From: Squalus acanthias
Lineage: Eukaryota
Direction: 5' to 3'
NCBI GenBank assembly: GCA_030390025.1
Contig: CM059425.1
Span: 171,370,001-171,434,000, forward strand
Length of the DNA stretch: 64,000 bases
How positions within the stretch are numbered: the stretch's first letter is position 1; each line of letters opens with the position of its first letter. The notes beneath the pieces were generated by a model. It saw nothing but the letters and a program-made list of their open reading frames with translations, was not told the origin of the DNA and ran no database searches. The translations under genes were made by a program, and so were the position numbers. This document shows positions 23,900-37,280 of the stretch, one piece after another.

Positions 23900-25030
23900 A
23901 GTTCAGTTCAAGTTCTTTTAGTAGTCTTTGTAGTAGAAGCTGTAGGAGTTCTTTGTCTAGTATATGGAGAAGAGTGTCTCTAAAATAGGAAGTTCATCTC
24001 CAACAGAGAAAAAAAGTTACAGAAATTAAGACTGTATAGCTTTACCAGCCAGGTACGGGTAGATGGAAGTGAGTCACTTTGATGTACAAGTTTCCCTGAG
24101 ACCAAGACAGGTGAGGGAGGTCAGCTAGTCCAGGTACAGCTACCAGCGGGGAAGGTGAATTTACCCAGGAGCAGAGGATTCAGCAGGAATAGATAGCGTC
24201 GTTACAGACAGAGATTCATCACTCTGAGGTCTCAGAATGCTAACATCATCCTCCTAGAGGAAGGCAAAGCAACCAGCTCATGAGGACGAGGTCTTACAAG
24301 TTCCGGAAACAACATTGCTAACAATAAACATATAGACTTCTATCTAGTCTACAGACTGACTGACTAATGCTGTTAACACATTGGCTCTCTAATGAATCTA
24401 ATCCTTAATTAATCTCACCAATCTAAACTGTACATTTATAATCAGCGAACAGTTGATGCTGAATAACTATGACATTCCGACGAAGGGTTTCGACCTGAAA
24501 CGTTAACTCTCTTTCTCTCTCCACGGATGTTGCCTGGCCTGCTGAGTTTTTCCAGCGTTTTCTGTTATTTCGGATTTCCAGCATCCGCAGTATTTTGCTA
24601 TCGTATGACATTATAGAACTGCTTTTGTAACCTAGTTTTTATTTAATCAATTAACCCTATCTATTAATTATTTGCACGCTCAATATTTAAGTGTTGCTGC
24701 TAACTATGATTCTAAGGCTAATAAACAATTTGTAGTTCGTGACTTTCTTGTCTGACTTCTTTGGTAATTGGTAAGAAAGGGTTAATTGATTCAGTAAGTA
24801 GCTTGTGTGAATCCTGATGGGAGGTTTGTCATATAAATGTCAACATAATCTGAACTGGTTGATAGAAGATTGTTTGAGGAGCTTAATTTAGGCATCGTTC
24901 ACTCCGAGGCATAAACTGGCTGGTAAACCCCAGACGGTTCCTCAGCAATAAGTTAAGGTGAAGGTTTAAGGATTTTCCTGGTGCCCGTGATAGAGTATCT
25001 TGTTAGAGTATCGATCCCAGTCTTCTCACA
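23900..25030 (+). mobile_element. Possible truncated solo LTR
   Basis: Non-coding block with AATAAA at ~24720 that ends ..ttctcaca (CA terminus). No 5' TG end, TSD or second LTR found. Confidence 0.25.
24477..24603 (+). mobile_element. Short Penelope-like terminal fragment (family P1) with a variant hammerhead motif
   Basis: 9-bp direct repeat tatgacatt (24468-24476, 24604-24612); ccgacga..gacctgaaacgttaactc..; homologous to 42946-43035 and 51053-51167. Confidence 0.75.
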
Positions 25031-25970
25031 ACTCATCGTGTGGGGGATCATGGGCATGAATCCAGTACTGATGTTTTCTATTCCTTTTAGATGTCATTTG
25101 CCGAGTCAAAGTTCCCAGTGTGTTTTGTTTTTGTAAATTAAAAGAAGATTACTGTTAAGTCTAAGTCAGGAAGAAAGAGAAACCAAACAATGCACAGAGA
25201 CAAGAAAAAGTGCCAGCAGGGAGGGAAGGATAATACAAAGGCCCCAGAGCTGGGATGACAAAGTCAAATGGACTTGGGTGGAACAGAGAGAAAGACTTAA
25301 AATAAGTAACGTAATCTGTGAAAAGTTCAGCATGATGGAGTCAGAACTCTTGCCCTTTCATCTTTGCTCACCTCCCAATATATTTAGCCAAAGAAAATGT
25401 TTTCTACCCTCATAGTATCAACCTTTAAACCATCAGCACGACAGCACTTTAGTTGGAATTTTTTTAATGAAAACAAATATAAATGTTAATTTTGGTACGT
25501 TTGCCATTCTGCATATCATTATATTCAGTTCCATCACTTCTTTCTTATCACTTGGAAATTAATAATGATGAAGTATATAAATAGATCAGCTGTGATGTTT
25601 TCACAAATTCTTATGTAAAGTTCAAACAGGACAATGTTAAAAGCTACGGGAGCTCTCGCAGACGGCATCAAACTGAACCAAACAAAGCAAACAGTGCAAA
25701 CACAGATCATTTGGATTCTCACAAACAATGAAAGCTTTCAAAGTTGAGCTAGTATGCTGTCTTGAAATCAATTCACATAGTCCGTTCCATTTATCCTTCT
25801 GTAATATTTGGTAGTGAATTACATGCACGTCCAATTTGCCTAGAACAAAGTTGCGCACAAGTGGGACACATTCTCTCCATTTCTCATCCTGCCTTTAGTC
25901 CCTCTGTTCTATTCCCAAGCCGAGGAGGCAGGACTGACATGATCCATAGCTGATCATCAAAAACCCTGTT

Positions 25971-26340
25971 AAGAACATAAGAATTAGGAGCAGGAGTAGG
26001 CCAAACGGCCCTTCGAACCTGCTCCACCATTCAGTAAGATCACGGCTGATCTTCGACCTCAACCCCACTTTCCTGCCCGATCGCCATATGCCTCGATTCC
26101 CCTAGAGTCCAAAAATCTATCTCTCTCAACCTTGAATACACTCAACGACTCAGCATCCACAGCCCTTTGGAGTAGAGAATTCCAAAGATTCACAATCCTC
26201 TGAGTAAAGAAATTCCTCCTCATCTCAGTCTTAAATGGCCTACCCCTTATCCTGAGACTATGCCCCCAAGTTCTAGACTCTCCAGCCAGGGGAAACAACC
26301 TCTCAGCATCTACCCTGTCAATCCCCCTCAGTATCTTATA
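25971..26340 (-). mobile_element. CR1 3' fragment
   Basis: ORF 26059..26298 FPLAGESRTWGHSLRIRGRPFKTEMRRNFFTQRIVNLWNSL, plus CR1 3' UTR and aagaacat tail. Confidence 0.9.
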
Positions 26341-26718
26341 AGCTAATTACAATAGAATCGGACCTTCAAACCCTGTATGTCCAACTGCTTTGAGTTGGAA
26401 CACTTGTATCTCCCAACATAGTACAGGAAACTTTCGTTTATCTGGCATCGACGGGACCGGCGTGGTGCCGGTTTATCGAAAGTACCGGATAACGGAGAGT
26501 TATATCTACCGAGGCTATTTTTAACATAAAAAAATCAAGAAATGTGCAGTATACAGTATTTGGGTACTCACCTACAGAATGTTGTGTTAAATGGATAGTG
26601 GAAGATGCTGGATTAAGTACAGTACTGCCAGTTGAGGGTAATCCATAACTCTTTAATTACTTAACAGTAAAACAAAACTTATAAACGACTGTCTACAGTA
26701 CTGTAGTTGACTGTACAC

Positions 26719-28484
26719 TTATTCCGAGTCATCTGGTTCATCAGAAATATCCGTATCCGTGCCAGCTGGGTCATCAGGATCACGCAGTTCCACCGATGCC
26801 ACAGATTCTTCAGGCACTTCCGCTGCTGCGACTCTTTTGGAAGCTTTCTTAAACATGTTGCGGATGTCGGTTTGCTTAGTGGACTCTTGCCTTTTCTGGA
26901 GAAATGCAGAATATGGAGTTGCATAACTTCTTGTGCAGAGCAGCAATTCTGCCTTTCAGCAAATTTGAGGATTGTAGAAAATCCTTCTGCAGCTTTAGCC
27001 CAAGAAATCTTCTCTTCTTCAGAAATCTCATCCTCTTCACTTTCCATCTTGCTTTCCTTTTCTTTCTTTGGATTCAAAACATTCTCAATTATTTCATCAT
27101 CACTTAGCATATGCACAACACCAACTTCTCTATCTGCATCAACCCACTGCTCGATATCACTTTCACTGAGGTGACGTAGAGAGTTTGCTGGGCCTGCATT
27201 TTTCACCATTCCAGCCATTTCCATTATTGTACTCTTCTTGGGACGAACACTGAACCCATGAAATTCCTCCTCTGAAGAAGAACCTTCAGCAAACATTACA
27301 GAAGGCCACAATTTGCGCCAGGCTTGCCTCAGAGTGTGACCTTTCACCAATTTCCAGGAACATGCAACATTATAGATGGCATCTTTAATATTGTATTCCT
27401 TCTGCAAATCTTGAATATTCTCATCTTGGCTTATCAGTTTATGTAGGAAGTCTTTCTTGTAATGACACTTCAGATTTTGGATAACGCCCTGGTCCATGGG
27501 TTGGATGAGAGAAGTTACATTTGGTGGCAAATAAATGGTGAAAATATTTCCCGAAACCAACTGGGATTCATGCGGATGGGCTCTGCAATTATCAAGCAAT
27601 AAAATGCATTTGCTATCTTCAGGTTTCCCTATTCTGCGGAAATGTTCCTTCACAGATGGAACAAAAATATGATGGAACCAATCGGAGAAGATTTCCTTAT
27701 CCATCCAAGCATTTTTTTGAGCTTTGTACTCAACAGGTAAGTGCCTCACATTTTTAAATGCATGGGGATGTTTATACTTCCCGATAACAAGAAGTTTAAC
27801 CCGGTGTGATCCAGCGGCGTTCGCACATGTTAGCACGGTTACACGATCTTTATTTTTCTTGTAACCTGAAGCATTAGCCTCACTAGCCCCAGCAAGCGTT
27901 GATTCTGGCAAAAACCTCCAAAACAAGCCAGTTTCATCGGCATTGTAGATCTGTGCTGGCGACAAATCATGTTGCTGCACAATCCGATTGAAATAATCGC
28001 AGTATTCTTCTGCGGCTTCGTGATCAGCTGATTTCTTCTCCCCAGAAATAGCGAGTCGTCGTATCCCGTGCCGTAACTTGAAGCACGTTAGCCATCCATC
28101 GGAGAAAGCACACTTGTCAGTGAGCTCCATCCTTTCCTAGAAATCCTTTGCTTTCTCGATTAGCATGGGTCCGGAAATTGGAACACCCTCTGAACGCTTA
28201 AGAGAAAACCATTCATAAAGCACGGTATCCAGCTCTTCAAGCTTAGGCTTACGAAGCGTACGCCGTTTCTCTACACTCTTGCATGTCTCCGAGCTTGAAT
28301 AAAACTTGAGCAGCTTATCCTTCTGCGATTTGATGTCGTAGATTGTTGACGAACCGATTTTGAATTCATTCATAATGTTGATACGCTTCTCTCCCCTTTC
28401 TAGTCGTTGGCATATCTCGATTTTCTGTTTTAAAGTTAAGACCACTCTCTTCCTTTTGCTTGGACCAGCTTTTGGGAATTCCAT
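26719..28484 (-). pseudogene. Tigger/Jerky-like transposase (CENP-B-type HTH domains + DDE_1, DD32D)
   Basis: [68 protein letters not shown]. ORFs 28137..28538 and 26679..28130 are in frame across one TAG (28137-28139); one frameshift near 26910 leads to the acidic tail (26719..26946). Confidence 0.9.
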
Positions 28485-28512
28485 AATGCAAGATGGAGGA
28501 GATAATTGCCGA

Positions 28513-29027
28513 TGAAGATGGAAAGACACACAGAACAATGGTGGCTAGGAAGAGACTACCAGCAGCGTGGCAGACACACAGCAAAATGGTGTATCAGAAG
28601 AGACTACAGTACCAGCAGCGTGGCAGACACACAGCAAAATGGTGTATCAGAAGAGACTACAGTACCAGCAGCGTGGCAGACACACAGCAAAATGGTGTAT
28701 CAGAAGAGACTACAGTACCAGCAGCGTGGCAGACACACAGCAAAATGGTGTATCAGAAGAGACTACAGTACCAGCAGCGTGGCAGACACACAGCAAAATG
28801 GTGTATCAGAAGAGACTACAGTACCAGCAGCGTGGCAGACACACAGTAAAATGGTGTATCAGAAGAGACTACAGTACCAGCAGCGTGGCAGACACACAGC
28901 AAAATGGTGTATCAGAAGAGACTACAGTACCAGCAGCGTGGGAGACACACAGCAAAATGGTGGATCAGAAGAGACTACCAGCATCGTGGGAGACACCCAG
29001 CAAAATGGCCGATCAGAAGAGACTCCA
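28513..29027. repeat. 53-bp tandem repeat array inside the Tigger element
   Basis: Seven near-identical units agcagcgtggcagacacacagcaaaatggtgtatcagaagagactacagtacc (28561-28931), flanked by diverged ~48-bp units. Confidence 0.95.
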
Positions 29028-30654
29028 GGCAGTGCGGGAGAATCTACTCATGCTACTGCAATGTTTCGGACTTGCGACAGCGCCAGGAGGCCGAGTAGTG
29101 GCACTTTTGAAAAGTACCCCAACTGACTAAATCGGCGTTCGCGGACTCAGACTCGGGATCGGCAACATTGCCGGTTATTTGAGAGGAGTTTTCGGAGGAT
29201 GATTTTTGCCGGTTAAGCGAGAATTCCGGATATTTGGGTGCCGGATAAACGAAAGTTTCCTGTACTTAGTCAACCGGGGAGAACACAGCCCTCTCACCTT
29301 AGAAAAAAAGCAGCAGCGTGGCTGAACAAGACAAGTACACACTGCTGGAAACCAGCAAACATGAATAGGATTCTGAATTGAGAACACTGGTAAAATACGC
29401 TAGAAACCTATTTTCATTCCTAGTATCTATTTTGAACTCCTCTTTAGACCCTGTTAAGAGCAAATCTTAAGTGGGAAATTCCTATGTGAACATATTTTGA
29501 GATACATTCTCATCAAATATTTATTACATTGTCAGGTTAATTAAAGGCATTACACTTTATAATTGAATTGTGATTTTAAGAATCTTGAATCCAGCTGTTT
29601 ACGAGCAGTCTGCCAGCCCATCATTCTGTTCTGCCTTGTGCCACACAGAACTTAATCCGCCTTCATAAAGCTTTTCTTCTTACCTTTGCAGCTCTGCTAC
29701 CCATTATGTTTCTGAATCGACTGTAATAAAAGTTGTCATTTGCAGTAAAAAGGTAAAGTATTGGCAGCACACCAGTTGTAATTTTTTTACTATTTGATAA
29801 ATCAAAGTGAAGGGCAAATGCCAATAATGCAGGATACCAACAAGACTGAAAAGATTCAGAGAGATGACGAGGTAAACGAAGTAGTAGTGAATAGAGTTAT
29901 GGATCTCCTAAAGCACTACTCAAAATACAAACATTAATAAAACTGTGTGCTTTCTAATTCTTTATCATTCTCTTCAATTTTGCCATCAACTTGTTCCTTC
30001 TCTTGCTCTCTCTTCGCATAGGATCACAAATTTCTTAATATTTTGTATTTGCTTGTCTGATTCTTGTTCTCACTCTTTTACTTCTAAGTATCCATTATTA
30101 GCTCTCTTTTCTTCTTCATGCCTCTGACACACACTTTCTCTTTTTCCGTATATTGCTTCACTTTTCTAGAGCTTTGGAGAGTGACAGGAGTGTGGCTTGG
30201 AATCATGAAGGGTAGCAAGAGCAGTACCAGTCAATGGGTGAGCGTAGGCTGGAGGCAATGGGAAGCTATCATGGCAGCTGTACGCCACAGAAAGAGTTAA
30301 TTGGGAGCATATAACTGTTGGTTTCGTGACTTAATCAATCAAAAATGACATTATAGATATGGTCCTGGGATATCATTGGGTGAAAGGACAGTAGCTTCTC
30401 AAATCGCACTGGTTGAAGTTCTGAGATGAGATTAGTCAAAGGGATGCTACAATCAATCATATAATTTTACAAACAGATAGACGTAGATTGATATCAAATA
30501 TAAGCCACTGCCTGGAAGAATTTTAGAAAATCTAAACTTATCTTTATTACATACATAGCCATTCAGTTCAGCCAAAGACTTCTACCTGAAGATTTTTTTA
30601 ATTATTTATTCTCAGGATATAGGCATCACTGGCAAGGAGGACATTTTATTTACC

Positions 30655-30948
30655 AGGAGCCATAAATATAAGATAGTCACTCATAAATCCAATAGGGAAT
30701 TCAGGAGAAACTTCATTACCTAGAGAGTGGTTAGAATGTGGAACTCGCTACCACAAGGAGTAGTTGAGGCAATTAGCATAGATGTATTTAAGGGGAAGTT
30801 GGATAAACACATGAGGGAGAAAGGAATAGAAGGATATGTTGGTAGGGTTAGATGAAGAGGGGTGGGAGGAGGTTCAAGTGGAGCTTAAACACCGGCATGG
30901 ACCGGTTAGGCCAAATGGCCTGTTTCTGTGCTGCACATTCTATGTAAT
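30655..30948 (+). mobile_element. CR1 3' fragment
   Basis: ttcaggagaaacttc..agagagtggttagaatgtggaactcgctacca..ggccaaatggcctgtttctgtgctg. Preceded by a short minus-strand family-B tail (~30595-30655). Confidence 0.85.
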
Positions 30949-31879
30949 TGCTCTTCAGGTCTGTTACATCACTTGAATTCCAAGAGACCCCCAACACTCT
31001 AAGGTATCCATTATTCTCCATACCATGAGTCAGGCACAGATATGGAAAAATATTCTGAAGAATCAAACTAAAAATAAGTGTTTAAGTGTTTCTTTAGAAT
31101 GTGTCACTTTAAGCATTTTGCCTAATTGATAGCCCTTTGAGGCAGTCAGTTCTTTCAATGCATCTGCAATCCATTTTCATTTAGCAACTCTACCGATTAT
31201 CATCTCCCTTACAGGAATGGCGTCAATCCATCTTATTGTCATATTCAATAAGTTCCCAGTAAATGGTAAACTGTTGCATCCCTCCATGTTGTGATGAATT
31301 ATGAGAAACTATTCAGGTTTAATTTACAGTCAGTTATATTTGAAGCAGTGAAAACCATTTCCAGCAGTACTGCAACGCACATTAAATATAAATGAATCAC
31401 GTTACCCCATCCAACTTCTTCTGCTTTCTTGTTGGTGTAAATTGTCTTTAAGCTGCAATAAACTGGAAAGTTCTGTTTTTATAGATTCCCACTGTTCAGT
31501 TCATAGTCCCAGCCTCCAGCCTCTCCTGCTCCTTTCCCTGTCTGGAAAGACAGTGGACCGACTTCCAATCCTCTGCCAATGCTGCTCTATAGCCAGCAAT
31601 TAGAAGCACATGACAGCACAGTTCGAGTGACTCCTCCAGTTATTTTTGCTACCCTGCCTCTGCTCAACACCTTTGGCAGCTGTGAGTAGGAGCTCACTGT
31701 GTGGGGAACCAAAATTCATCCATTCTGCAGTACAGTGCAACAACAGGCTGTGGGACTAGACCAACAGAAGTACTGCTTTTTACTCCCTTCTCAATAAGAG
31801 ATCCTGCTCCAGACAAAAGCTGCTTTTGATTTGCAAGAACAAACAAGCATCAGAGTGAAAAAATTGATACAAAATGGGT

Positions 31880-32482
31880 GCTGAAATACAAAGGGGAGGA
31901 AGTTATGCTTCAGTTTTACAGAGCCTTGGTCAGATCCCATCTGGAGTACTGTGCTCAGTTTTGGGCACCGCATCTCAGGAAGGATATATTGGTCTTAGAG
32001 GGGGTTGCAGTGCAGATTCACCAGAATGATACTGGGGTTTAAAGGGTTAAATTATGAGGACAGGGTGCATTAACTTGGCTTGTATTCCCTTGAGTTTAGA
32101 AGATTGAAGGGTGATCTGATTGAGGTGTTTAGAATGTTAAAAGGATTCGATAGGGTAGATACAGGGAAACTATTTCCTCTGGTGGGGCTATCAAGATCGA
32201 GGGGACATAATTTTAAAATTAGAGCTAGGCCAATCCTGAGTGAAGTCAGGAAGCACTTTATAAACAAAGGGTAGTGAAAATATGGCATTCTCTCCCCAAA
32301 AGGCCATGGATGCCGGGACAATTGGAGCCTTCAAGACTGAGTTCAATAAGATTTTTATTAGGTAAGGGTATCAAGGCAGGTAAATGGAGTTGAGTTGCAG
32401 ATCAGCCATGATCTCATTGAATGGCAGAGCAGGCTTGAGGGGCTGAATGGCCTACTCCTGCTCCTATTTGTCCTATGTTCCT
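31880..32482 (+). mobile_element. CR1 3' fragment
   Basis: YSLEFRRLKGDLIEVF..SRGHNFKIR (32080..32274) plus 3' UTR. Confidence 0.9.
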
Positions 32483-33371
32483 TACAAACAATTCTAATTA
32501 AGGCTGTCATATCATCTGGTCATACTTCAAGTACATGATATAAATCACAAAGGTGTACAACTTTACTGAAGGAAAAAGATTTCCAAAGTTGATGTGAAAT
32601 ATAGACTTAAATGTCAGATTTGATGGCTGGCTAGACAGAGGTCCCGAAGTTAATGATGTAAGGGTGGTGCAAGATGTGTCTTTTGTGTAACTAGTAGGCT
32701 GGCAAGGAAGACAAAAAAGTCTAAGAATGATGATTCTTTCTGACTCTGTTGTGCTTTTTATGGGTGCTTCAAGTTCCATTTATTTAAAATTCTGCTCCTT
32801 TTCCGCTTACTGAACGACAGTACATTGCTGCCAACTGTTCTCTTCTAATGGATTCTATTTTTCCCACAACTCTGTTGGTTTTGTCAGTATCTTACTCACT
32901 CTCGCTTCCTCCCAATCTCATTCAGTATCTGCTTCTTCTCAACTTACCTTTATACTGATCTTTTCTTTGAAAACAAAAAAGAAACGACATTGGCATTTGC
33001 CTGACCTCTTATTCAAGCAGATAAAGAGTGTAAAGAACTGCTCGCTAGGAGAACAGTATAGTCATAATGACAATTTATTTTTGGTCACCAGTCGTACAGC
33101 GCTAAAATTTCCATTTCACGCATCTTTATCTTCAAGTACCACTAAACTCCAAAAATCAGCATGGGAACAATGTAATGGTCATAATTTTCACCAGCAGTAA
33201 AGTTGTTGATGGACTGAAAATAAAGTAGGAAATTATGGTGATCTTTAATTAAATGCTTGACTTTAGAAACTTCAAGATAAAACTGAAAAATATGATTTTT
33301 ATGAGAAGCCCTTTGAAGAACAAGTTTCACCATTCGAACCATTTTGTAAAAATTAAACAAAAAAATACCCA

Positions 33372-34836
33372 TGGATTGAAGGGTAGCTAATGTTACCCCA
33401 CTATTCAAAAAGGGTGGTAGAGAGAAAACGGGGAATTACATCGGTAAGCCTGACATCGGTAGTGGGGAAAATGCTAGAGTCCATTATAAAAGATGTAATA
33501 GCTGAGCACTTGGAAAACAGTGACAGGATTGGACAAAGTCAACATGGATTTACAAAAGGTAAATCATGCTTGACTAATCTACTGGAATTTTGAGGATGTA
33601 ACTGGTAAAATAGATAAGGGAGAACCAGTGGATGTGGTGTATTTGGACTTCCAAAAGGCTTTCGATAAGGTCCCGCATAAGAGATTAGCGTGTAAAGTTA
33701 AGGCACATGGGATTGGGGGCAAGGTATTGACTTGGATAGAGAACTGGTTGGCAGACAGAAAGCAAAGAGTTGGAATAAACAGGTCTTTTTCCGAGTGGCA
33801 GGCAGTGACTAGTGGGGTACCGCAGGGATCGATCCTTGGACCCCAGCTATTCACAATATATATTAATGATCTAGACAAGGGAACTAGATGTAATATCTCC
33901 AAGTTTGCAGATGACACAAAACTGGGTGGGCGTGTGTGCTGCGAGGAGGATGCCGAGAAACTCCAGGATGATTTGGACAGGTTGGGTGATTGGGCAGAAG
34001 CATGGCAGATGCAATATAACGTGGATAAATGCGAGGTTATCCACTTTGGTGTCAAAAACAGAAAGGCAGATTATTATCTGAATGGCAATAGATTGGGAGA
34101 AGGGGAAGTGCAACGAGACCTGGGTGTCCTTGTGCACCAGTCGCTGAAGGTAAGCATGCAGGTGCAGCAGGCGGTTAAGAAGGCAAATGGTATGTTGGCC
34201 TTCATAGCGAGAGGTTTCGAGTACAGGAGCAAGGATGTCTTGCTGCAGTTGTACAGGGCCTTGGTGAGACCACACCTTGAGTACTGTGTGCAGTTTTGGT
34301 CGCCTTATCTGAGGAAGGATGTTCTTGCCATTGAAGGAGTTTAGCGAAGATTCACAAGGCTGATACCTGGGATGGCAGGAATGACGTATGAAGAGAGATT
34401 GGGTCGATTGGGTTTATACTCGCTAGAGTTTAGAAGAATGAGAGGGGACCTCATTGAAACTTATAAAATTCTGACAGGACAGGACAAACTAGATGCAGGA
34501 AGGATGTTCCCGATGGTCGGGGAGTCCAGAACCAGGGGACACAGTCTAAGGATAAGGGGTAAGCCATTTAGGACAGAAATGAGGAGGAATTTCTTCACCC
34601 AGAGAGTGGTGAACCTGTGGAATTCTCTGCCACAGAAGGCAGTTGAGGCCAACTCATTAAATAGATTCAAGAAGGAGTTGGATATATTTCTTAAGGCTAA
34701 AGGGATCAAGGGATATGGGGAGAAAGCAGGGACAGGGTACTGAATTTGGATGATCAGCCATGATCGCATTGAATGGCGGAGCAGGCTAGATGGGCCGAAT
34801 GGCCTACTCCTGCTCCTATCTTCTATGATTCTATGA
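33372..34836 (+). mobile_element. CR1 LINE, 5'-truncated, RT domain and 3' UTR
   Basis: DVVYLDFQKAFDKVPH..SGVPQGSILGP..KFADDTKL; 33628..34344 and 34372..34743 are in frame across one TAG; tail ttctatgattctatga. Confidence 0.95.
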
Positions 34837-35489
34837 AATGCCGTGGGTGTAGTCTCCCTAGCTATTCACAAATTGCCTATGATCATCTAGCGGTACTGTC
34901 AGTTCAAGAACTTTTATCACTTGGTCAGGTGATCTTTATCCATTCTGCTTCATGGAAGACCATAAGCTAAGCCTATTTAAACTTTCTTTTTCACCTCAAA
35001 TTTCTCTTCCCGAAACCACCGACTCCTGCTGAGGTCTAGCTCCACCAACTTTCCAGCAGGGAAACCTGGGTGTCCTTTTCTTCAGGAGCATTGACATCAA
35101 TTGCAGTGCTCCTACTGTCATCCTAGCTGAGGTGAGGTAACAGAACAGGAATGATTAGGAGAACCCCAGTGGAAATAAAATCCCATTGTTTTTGCCAATA
35201 GAGTCATAAGAGAGCCCTAGTTCCTCAATAAGATGAGTCAGCATTGATAGGCCAACAACGGTAATAAAACACACACAAATTAAGCAGCTCCAAGCAACAC
35301 CAGGTCAGGAACAGAATTGGAGGGCATGCTGGCTGGCAGGTGTATGTGGAGGTTAAACTTCTATCAACAAATGAAGAATAATTTAACAAGAATAGGCTAT
35401 CTAAATTATCCCTCACTCATGCAATCTCCATGTACAAATTGCATACTGAACTGCTGCAGAAGTTGAAAATGGATCTCTGAGATCCTACA

Positions 35490-36716
35490 TTTTTGTTTTA
35501 TTTGTCCATGGGATCTGGGCGTCGCTGGCAAGGCCAGCATTTATTGCCCATCCCTAGTTGCCCTTGAGAAGGTGGTGGTGAGCCATCTTCTTGAACCGCT
35601 GCAGTCCGTGTGGTGAAGGTACCCCCACAGTGCTGTTAGGGAGGGAGTTCCAGGATTTTGACCCAGCGACTATGAAGGATCGGCGATATACTTCCAGGTC
35701 AGGATGGTGTGTGACTTGGAGGTGGTGGTTGTTCCCATGCGCCTGCTGCCCTTGTCCTTCTAGGTGGAAGAGGTCACGGGTTTGGGAGGTGCTGCCGAAG
35801 AAGCCTTGGTGAGTTGCTGCAGTGCATCTTGTAGATGGTACACACTGCAGCCACGGTACGCTGGTGATGGAGAGAGTGAATGTTTAAGGTGGTGGATGGG
35901 GTGCCAATCAAGCGGGCTGCTTTGTCTTGGATGGTGTTGAGCTTCTTGAGTGTTGTTGGAGATGCACTCATTCAGGCAGGTGGAGAGTATTCCATCACAC
36001 TCCTTACTTGTGTCTTGTAGATGGTGGAAAGGCTTTTGGGAGTCAAGAGGTGAGACACTCGCTGCAGAATACCCAGCCTCTGACCTGCTCTTGTAGCCAC
36101 AGTATTTTTATGTGGCTGGGTCAGTTAAGTTTCTAGTCAATGGTGACCCCCAGGATATTGATGGTGGGGGATTCGGCGATGGTAATGCCGTTGAATGTCA
36201 AGGGGCGGTGGTTAGAAGCTTGCTTGTTGGAGATGGTCATTGCCTGGCACTTGTGTGGCGCGAATGTTACCTGCCACTTATCAGCCCAAGCCTGAATGTC
36301 GTCCAGGTCTTGCTGCATGCGGGCATGGACTGCTTCATTATCTGAGGAGTTGCGAATGGCACTGAACACTGTGCAGTCATCAGCGAACATCCCCACTTCT
36401 GACCTTATGATGGAGGGAAGGTCATTGATGAAGCAGCTGAAATTGGTTGGGCCTAGGACACTGCCCTGAGGAACTCCTGCCGCGATGTCCTGGGGCTGTG
36501 ATGTCCAACCACCACAACCAGCTTCCTTTGTGCTAAGTATGACTCCAGCCAGTGGAGAGTTTTCCCCCCCGATTCCCATTGACTTCAGTTTTACAAGGGC
36601 TCCTTGATGCCACACTCGGTCAAATGCTGCCTTGATGTCAAGGGCAGTCAGTCTCACCTCACCTCTAGACTTCAGCTCTTTTGTCCATGTTTGGACCAAG
36701 GCTGTAATAAGGTCAG
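35490..36716 (-). mobile_element. LINE family B, 3' 1.2 kb
   Basis: ORF 36133..36756 [27 protein letters not shown]; 3' UTR at 35490-35580. Confidence 0.9.
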
Positions 36717-36724
36717 TATGATAA

Positions 36725-37280
36725 TACAACAACAACAACTTGTATTTATATAGCACCTTTAACGTAGCAAAACATCCTAAGGCGCTTCACCGGACTGTTA
36801 TAAAACAAAATTTGATTCCGAGCCACATAAGGACAAATTAGGGCAGAAAACTTGGTCAAAGAGGTAGGTTTTAAGGAGTGGCTTAAAGGAGGAAAGAGAG
36901 GTAGAGAGGTTTAGGGAGGCAATTCCAGAGCTTAGGGTCTTGGCAGCTGAAGGCACAGCCACCAATGGTTGAGTGATTAAAATCAGAGATGCTCAAGAAG
37001 CCAGAATTAGAGGAGTGGCGATATCTCAGGGTTTTGTGGGGCTGGAGGAGATTACAGAGATAGGGAGCGGCGAGGCCATGGAAGGATTTGAAAATAAGGA
37101 TGAAAACTGGGAGCCAATGCAGGTCAGCGAGCACAGGATGAACAGGATTTGGTGCGTGTTAGGACACGGGCAGTAGAGTTTTGGATGACCTCAAGTTTAC
37201 GTATGGTAGAACGTTGGAAGCTGGCCAGGAGTGCATTGGAATAGTCAAGTCTAGAGGTAACAAAGGCATGGATGAGGACT
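36725..37280 (-). mobile_element. L2-clade LINE 3' end
   Basis: LADLHWLPV..IFKSFHGLAAPYL..GGCAFS..PKLWNCLP (36883..37134), typical of an L2 ORF2 C-terminus; tail ggtgctatataaatacaagttgttgttg on the minus strand. Confidence 0.8.

Larger units (their letters stand above)
26424..29262 (-). mobile_element. Full-length Tigger/pogo (Tc1-mariner superfamily) DNA transposon, 2839 bp
   Basis: 24-bp TIRs caggaaactttcgtttatc(t/c)ggca; TA TSD (26422-26423, 29263-29264); encloses the transposase. Confidence 0.95.

Noticed and set aside
26679..28130. 483-aa ORF as a host TIGD/JRKL gene
   Set aside because: It lies between TIRs with a TA TSD and carries a stop and a frameshift, so it is a transposon copy.
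28493..29130. Long repetitive ORFs on +, and a CRISPR-like look of the array
   Set aside because: They are products of the stop-poor 53-bp tandem unit. The repeats are head-to-tail with no unique spacers, and the context is eukaryotic.
33579..34769. Antisense ORFs over CR1 copies (also at other LINEs)
   Set aside because: Shadow frames of the RT coding sequence with no independent evidence.
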